Source: Candidatus Jordarchaeum sp. LHC_1308 (GTDB taxonomy: Archaea; Asgardarchaeota; Jordiarchaeia; Jordiarchaeales; Freyrarchaeaceae). Taken from it: a DNA stretch of 64,000 nucleotides. The notes under the pieces were generated by a model that saw only the letters and a program-made list of their open reading frames with translations, was not told where the DNA came from and ran no database searches. The translations under genes were made by a program, and so were the position numbers. The stretch covers positions 8,797 through 72,796 of the forward strand of contig JAHLWX010000001.1 of assembly GCA_019057675.1 (NCBI GenBank). Direction: 5' to 3'. Shown here piece by piece: positions 60,293 to 64,000 of this stretch. Numbering within the stretch: position 1 is the stretch's first letter; the number at the start of each line of letters is the position of its first letter.

Positions 60293-61951
60293 ATGCCTAC
60301 TATCGTACTTAAAGTGAAGAGGATGAGTGAACTTCTCGGACGCGAAATCACGGTGGAAGAACTTGAACGTGTTGTTCCTTGGCTTGGTGTAGACATAGAA
60401 AACGTTGGCATTGATTACGTTAAAATAGAGTATAACCCGAACAGGCCGGATTTCTCAAGCCAAGAAGGAGTCGCCCGGGCTCTGAAAGGATTCATGGAAA
60501 TAGAAACCGGGCTCCCAAAGTACAACGTTGAATCAGGATCCGTGGTTTTAAAGGTGGATCCCTCTGTTCGTTCTGTGCGACCGTGGATCGTCTGCGGCGT
60601 GGTTCGAGGAATTAAGCTAGACGAGGAACGCATTGTGGAAATCATAGAAATGGAGGAAGCGCTTGACTGGGCGATAGGCAGAAACAGGGCGATATCCTCT
60701 ATAGGGCTTCACAATCTTGATGCTGTTAAGCCTCCCTTCAAATACCATGCGGTGCTTCCTGACGAAATCCGCTTCGTCCCCTTGGACATGAACATTGAGA
60801 TGACACTTAGAGAAATTCTGAATGTTCACCCTAAAGGAGTGGCCTACAGGCATATATTGGAGGGATCTGAGCGCTATCCCATAATAACTGACCAAGATGG
60901 CAATGTCCTGTCGTTTCCTCCAATTATAAATGGGATCCTAACGCGTATTACTGAGGATACGAGGAATATCTTCATAGACTTAACTGGCACCCGTTTGGAG
61001 GCCGTTTCTGCTGCATTGAACATCCTTGTAACAGCATTTGCGGAGATGGGAGGACGCTTAGAGTCTGTGACTGTGGAGTATCCTGATAGAACACTGAGTG
61101 TTCCCGACTTATCTCCTTCAAGATGGACGTTAAGCGTTAAGAATACAAACAAACTTTTAGGTTTAAAGTTAAGGCCCAAGCAGGTTGCTAAGTGCCTAGA
61201 GAAAATGCGGCTTGGCGTTGAGTACATCGGAGAAGAGCTCTCAGTGCTAGTTCCCGCTTATCGATATGACATAATGCATGAAATCGACCTAATAGAAGAA
61301 GTAGCTATAGGATATGGTTACTTTAACTTGGAGCCAACGCTTCCAAGTATCGTCACCATGGCTTTAGAAAACCCGGTTCAAAGAATTTCAAACAAAGTGC
61401 GAATGATAATGATTGGATTCGGCTTCACAGAAGTTGTCAATTCAACCCTTGCAAATTATAAAGAACACTTTGAGTACATGATGGTCGAAGGCGACCCTGT
61501 TAGAATACTTAATCCCGTTAGCGCAGAGTACAATATACTTCGTTCTTCGCTCATTCCTTGCCTCCTTAAAGTTTTAAGCAGTAATAAGCATGAATCTTTC
61601 CCACAGATGATTTTTGAAGTAGGCGACGTTGTCGTACTCGATGAGGAAGCAGAAACAGGAGCTAGACGCATACTACACCTCGCCGGAGCGATAACGCACA
61701 GCGAAGCGAACTTTACGGAAATTAAGTCAGTTGCTGAAGGAGTGGTTAGAGAAATAGGCGCTAAGAACTATGTTTTCAGGGCTACAAGTCATCCCAGCTT
61801 CATTCATGGGAGATGCGCTGAAGTGAGGATAAATGAAAATCTCATAGGAATCGTCGGAGAAATACACCCAAAAGTGTTAAATAACTTTGAACTGGAATAT
61901 CCTGTTTGTGTTTTCGAATATGATTTACAGTCTCTTTTAGAGAGTGATTAA
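60293..61951 (+). CDS. pheT: Phenylalanyl-tRNA synthetase beta subunit
   Basis: PTIVLKVKRMSELLGREIT, EYNPNRPDFSSQEGVARAL, EIDLIEEVAIGYGY, FPQMIFEVGDV. Confidence 0.97.
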   Translation: MPTIVLKVKRMSELLGREITVEELERVVPWLGVDIENVGIDYVKIEYNPNRPDFSSQEGVARALKGFMEIETGLPKYNVESGSVVLKVDPSVRSVRPWIVCGVVRGIKLDEERIVEIIEMEEALDWAIGRNRAISSIGLHNLDAVKPPFKYHAVLPDEIRFVPLDMNIEMTLREILNVHPKGVAYRHILEGSERYPIITDQDGNVLSFPPIINGILTRITEDTRNIFIDLTGTRLEAVSAALNILVTAFAEMGGRLESVTVEYPDRTLSVPDLSPSRWTLSVKNTNKLLGLKLRPKQVAKCLEKMRLGVEYIGEELSVLVPAYRYDIMHEIDLIEEVAIGYGYFNLEPTLPSIVTMALENPVQRISNKVRMIMIGFGFTEVVNSTLANYKEHFEYMMVEGDPVRILNPVSAEYNILRSSLIPCLLKVLSSNKHESFPQMIFEVGDVVVLDEEAETGARRILHLAGAITHSEANFTEIKSVAEGVVREIGAKNYVFRATSHPSFIHGRCAEVRINENLIGIVGEIHPKVLNNFELEYPVCVFEYDLQSLLESD

Positions 61952-61953
61952 TA

Positions 61954-62502
61954 ATGGTTGCTAAGAAAGCTGTTCTGGTCATTGACATGTTAAAAGACTT
62001 TATAGAGAAAGGAGCGATTCTAGAGGTTCCGAAGGGACGAGAAATCATTCCAAACATAAAGCGTCTAACAGATGAGGCAAGAAGTAAAGGTGTCTTGGTC
62101 ATATACGTATGTGATAGTCACGACCCGAATGACCCCGAGTTTTCAAGATGGCCTCCCCATGCCGTAGAAGGAACTAGCGGAGCAGAGGTTGTAGACCAAA
62201 TTAAACCACAAAAAGGCGACGTCGTAGTTAAAAAACTCAAGTACGACGGTTTCCTCGGAACCACTTTAGACCTAGTCTTAAGAAGTAGAAAAATAGATAC
62301 TGTGATCATAACAGGCGTCTTAACGAATATTTGCGTGTTATATACGGCGTCAACAGCATCAATGCTAGGCTATAATGTAGCCATTCCACAAGACTGCGTT
62401 GCATCTGTCAGCGACAAAGAGCATAAATGGGCTCTTCACCACATGAAGGACACACTCGGAATAGAGATCATAGACCTCAAGGAAGCTCTCAGCCTCCTCT
62501 AA
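61954..62502 (+). CDS. Isochorismatase/nicotinamidase-like cysteine hydrolase
   Basis: LVIDMLKDFIEKGA, TVIITGVLTNICVLYTASTASMLGYNVAIPQDCVAS. Confidence 0.88.
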   Translation: MVAKKAVLVIDMLKDFIEKGAILEVPKGREIIPNIKRLTDEARSKGVLVIYVCDSHDPNDPEFSRWPPHAVEGTSGAEVVDQIKPQKGDVVVKKLKYDGFLGTTLDLVLRSRKIDTVIITGVLTNICVLYTASTASMLGYNVAIPQDCVASVSDKEHKWALHHMKDTLGIEIIDLKEALSLL

Positions 62503-62650
62503 GAACGACGAAAGCGCAAAGAAAATTTTTGCCTTCTTTCTTCGTATAAGTTCCCTCTTAAAGGTCTTATCTGATATACAATTTACAATTTTTGTGAAAA
62601 ATACCGTAAAATATATCGAAATATTACTTGTTTTCTTTAAAGCGAAAAAT

Positions 62651-62658
62651 TTTTATTA
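62651..62658 (+). promoter_or_regulatory. TATA-like element (ttttatta) upstream of radical-SAM gene
   Basis: About 26 nt upstream of GTG/structured RNA 5' end at 62678..62680, spacing typical of an archaeal promoter. Confidence 0.4.
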
Positions 62659-62679
62659 AGAACTTCTCCTATAGAAAGT

Positions 62680-62797
62680 GGGTGGGCGGAATAGTGGCAC
62701 AAGGACCCCAAAACTATTTCTGTCTCGTGTGGTTTTATCCCCCCTCCCCCTCACTGCAGAAATAGAAGAAATGGGGTTGTGAACCCACTGCCCACCC
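62680..62797 (+). other. Highly structured RNA element / possible BHB intron (62703..62783) in the 5' region of the radical-SAM gene
   Basis: Nested complementarity: GGGTGGGC/GCCCACCC, AGTGG/CCACT, CAC/GTG, 3-nt bulges AAG and AAC, GACCCCA/TGGGGTT, CTATTTCTG/CAGAAATAG. Confidence 0.55.
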
Positions 62798-62851
62798 GAA
62801 ACATTTTACAAGAACTTTTCCTTCTACTTCTCTATAGATAGCTTAATCGAG

Positions 62852-64000
62852 ATGAAGCTCATGTGGCGTGTTATAAGACCAGACTCCATCAATGTTTGGA
62901 GCAACGAACAAGTTCTAACACGACTTAGACGCTATTACGCTATTCTTAGAGATGAAAAACCAGCTAAAATGCTCGTGGCCAGCAAAGTAGAAGTCGACGA
63001 CCTCAACGCTCCACTAGACAAACTCTGGCATCAACATCAAAAGGCTAGTGGAAAGTTTCGCAGTCTTCTCAGAGAGATAGACCAAGGTAAAGTTAAACTA
63101 AGCGATTTAGACATTCCGAAAACATCATACCTAGACCTAAAAGTGGAGCTTTCCAAGCGAATACTGGCAAGTTGTCATTTCTGCGAGAGAAGGTGTGGTG
63201 TAAACCGAATGGAAGGTAAGCATGGTGCTTGTCAGCTTAATGCGAAATCATATGTTTCTTCAGCATTCCTCCACTTTGGAGAAGAAGCTCCACTAGTGCC
63301 CTCAGGCACAAACGCCAGAGATTCTTTCTGGCGGTGCAATCTTTTTCAATATGTGTACGTTTAAATGCGTATTCTGTCAGAACCACGATATTTCTACAGT
63401 AATAGATGGTGTTGAAATAGATGGGGAAAAGTTGGCTAGTTTGGCTCGTCACCTTAAGAAGGAAGGTGCACGAAACATAAATTACGTCGGCGGAGATCCA
63501 ATTCCCTCCGCACATGTAATCATTGAAGCTATAAGGAATCTTGCATGTACGGAGACAAACATCACCCAGCTTTGGAACTCTAACTTTTACTGTAGCAAGG
63601 AACTAATGGCCCTTTTACTTGACATCATAGACTTCTGGCTACCTGACTTTAAGTACGGGAACGATGAATGCGCAGAAAGTCTCTCTAAAGTTAACCGTTA
63701 CTTCGAAGTGGTATCAAGAAATCATAAGTTAGCGTACGATGAAACAGTCGTAGAAGGCACCTCAGGTATGATCATACGTCACTTGGTTCTGCCAGGGCAC
63801 CTAGACTGCTGTACGAAGCCTGTTTTAGAATGGATTGCTGAAAAAACTCCACTAGCTCTCGTGAATATAATGTCGCAGTATCACCCCGACTACTTAGTAC
63901 TTCGAAACCCGGAATATGGAAAAATAAACCGCAGAGTAACGGCTAAAGAAATGAAGGAGGCATATGATTACGCAGACAAACTTGGTTTACTCTGGAGGCC
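62852..64000 (+). CDS. PflA/AmmeMemoRadiSam-like radical SAM protein, interrupted by a BHB intron, truncated by window end
   Basis: Spliced frame ...CHFCERRCGVNRMEGKHGACQLNAKSYVSSAFLHFGEEAPLVPSGT-IFFNMCTFKCVFCQNHDISTVIDGVEIDGEKLASLARHLKKEGARNINYVGGDP... open to window end; start could be GTG 62678 if the upstream element is also spliced. Confidence 0.88.
63314..63341 (+). other. BHB intron (28 nt) in radical-SAM gene
   Basis: GCAC-AA^A-CGCCAGA-gattctt-TCTGGCG-GTGC-AA^T: 7-bp inner helix, 4-bp Watson-Crick central helix GCAC/GTGC, two 3-nt bulges; 28 nt removal restores frame across the CX3CX2C motif. Confidence 0.9.

Noticed and set aside
62680-62797. Structured element as a tRNA gene (GGGTGGG/CCCACCC acceptor-like ends)
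   Set aside because: No TTC-type T-loop, no D-arm and no anticodon arm on either strand
1-64000. CRISPR arrays, IS elements, prophage or toxin-antitoxin modules
   Set aside because: No regularly spaced repeats, transposase, integrase or recognisable defence genes were found by reading the ORFs and intergenic regions

Overview
The window is an archaeal chromosome segment. The lineage looks like TACK or deep-branching, inferred from PolD small subunit DP1, Orc1/Cdc6, SepRS, formylmethanofuran dehydrogenase subunits, ArcS/RaSEA and translin. Most of it is dense housekeeping genes: a his operon, archaeosine/preQ0 genes, the fwd cluster, folD/purH, sepS, ribK/ribL, hypF, hef, pheS/pheT and a putative replication origin next to orc1/cdc6. 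No CRISPR array or transposase was found. The main result is a high density of short bulge-helix-bulge (BHB) type introns. (1) All three tRNA genes I could find contain introns: Leu(CAG) folds to an exact 88-nt mature tRNA after removing four introns, one exon being only 5 nt; Thr(TGT) has three; Met(CAT) has two well-supported plus probably two more. All three are interrupted in the T-loop. (2) Two protein genes on opposite strands, both radical-SAM proteins, are broken in the raw six-frame view and are restored by removing BHB introns. queE-like complement(18006..18853) is restored by 22+18+18+16 nt, giving MKGWVSEVFSSYQGEGGSVKGSNYGRRTIFIRFSGCN.... A PflA/AmmeMemoRadiSam-like gene near the right edge is restored by one 28-nt intron (63314..63341), giving ...PSGTIFFNMCTFKCVFCQNHDIS.... 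The introns interrupt sequences at or beside the [4Fe-4S] motif. Secondary findings are an inverted ORB-like pair with a TGTTAAC cluster near orc1/cdc6, a three-gene ATPase cassette with GATATCGACACCAGA motifs, and a highly structured 81-nt element upstream of the right-edge radical-SAM gene.
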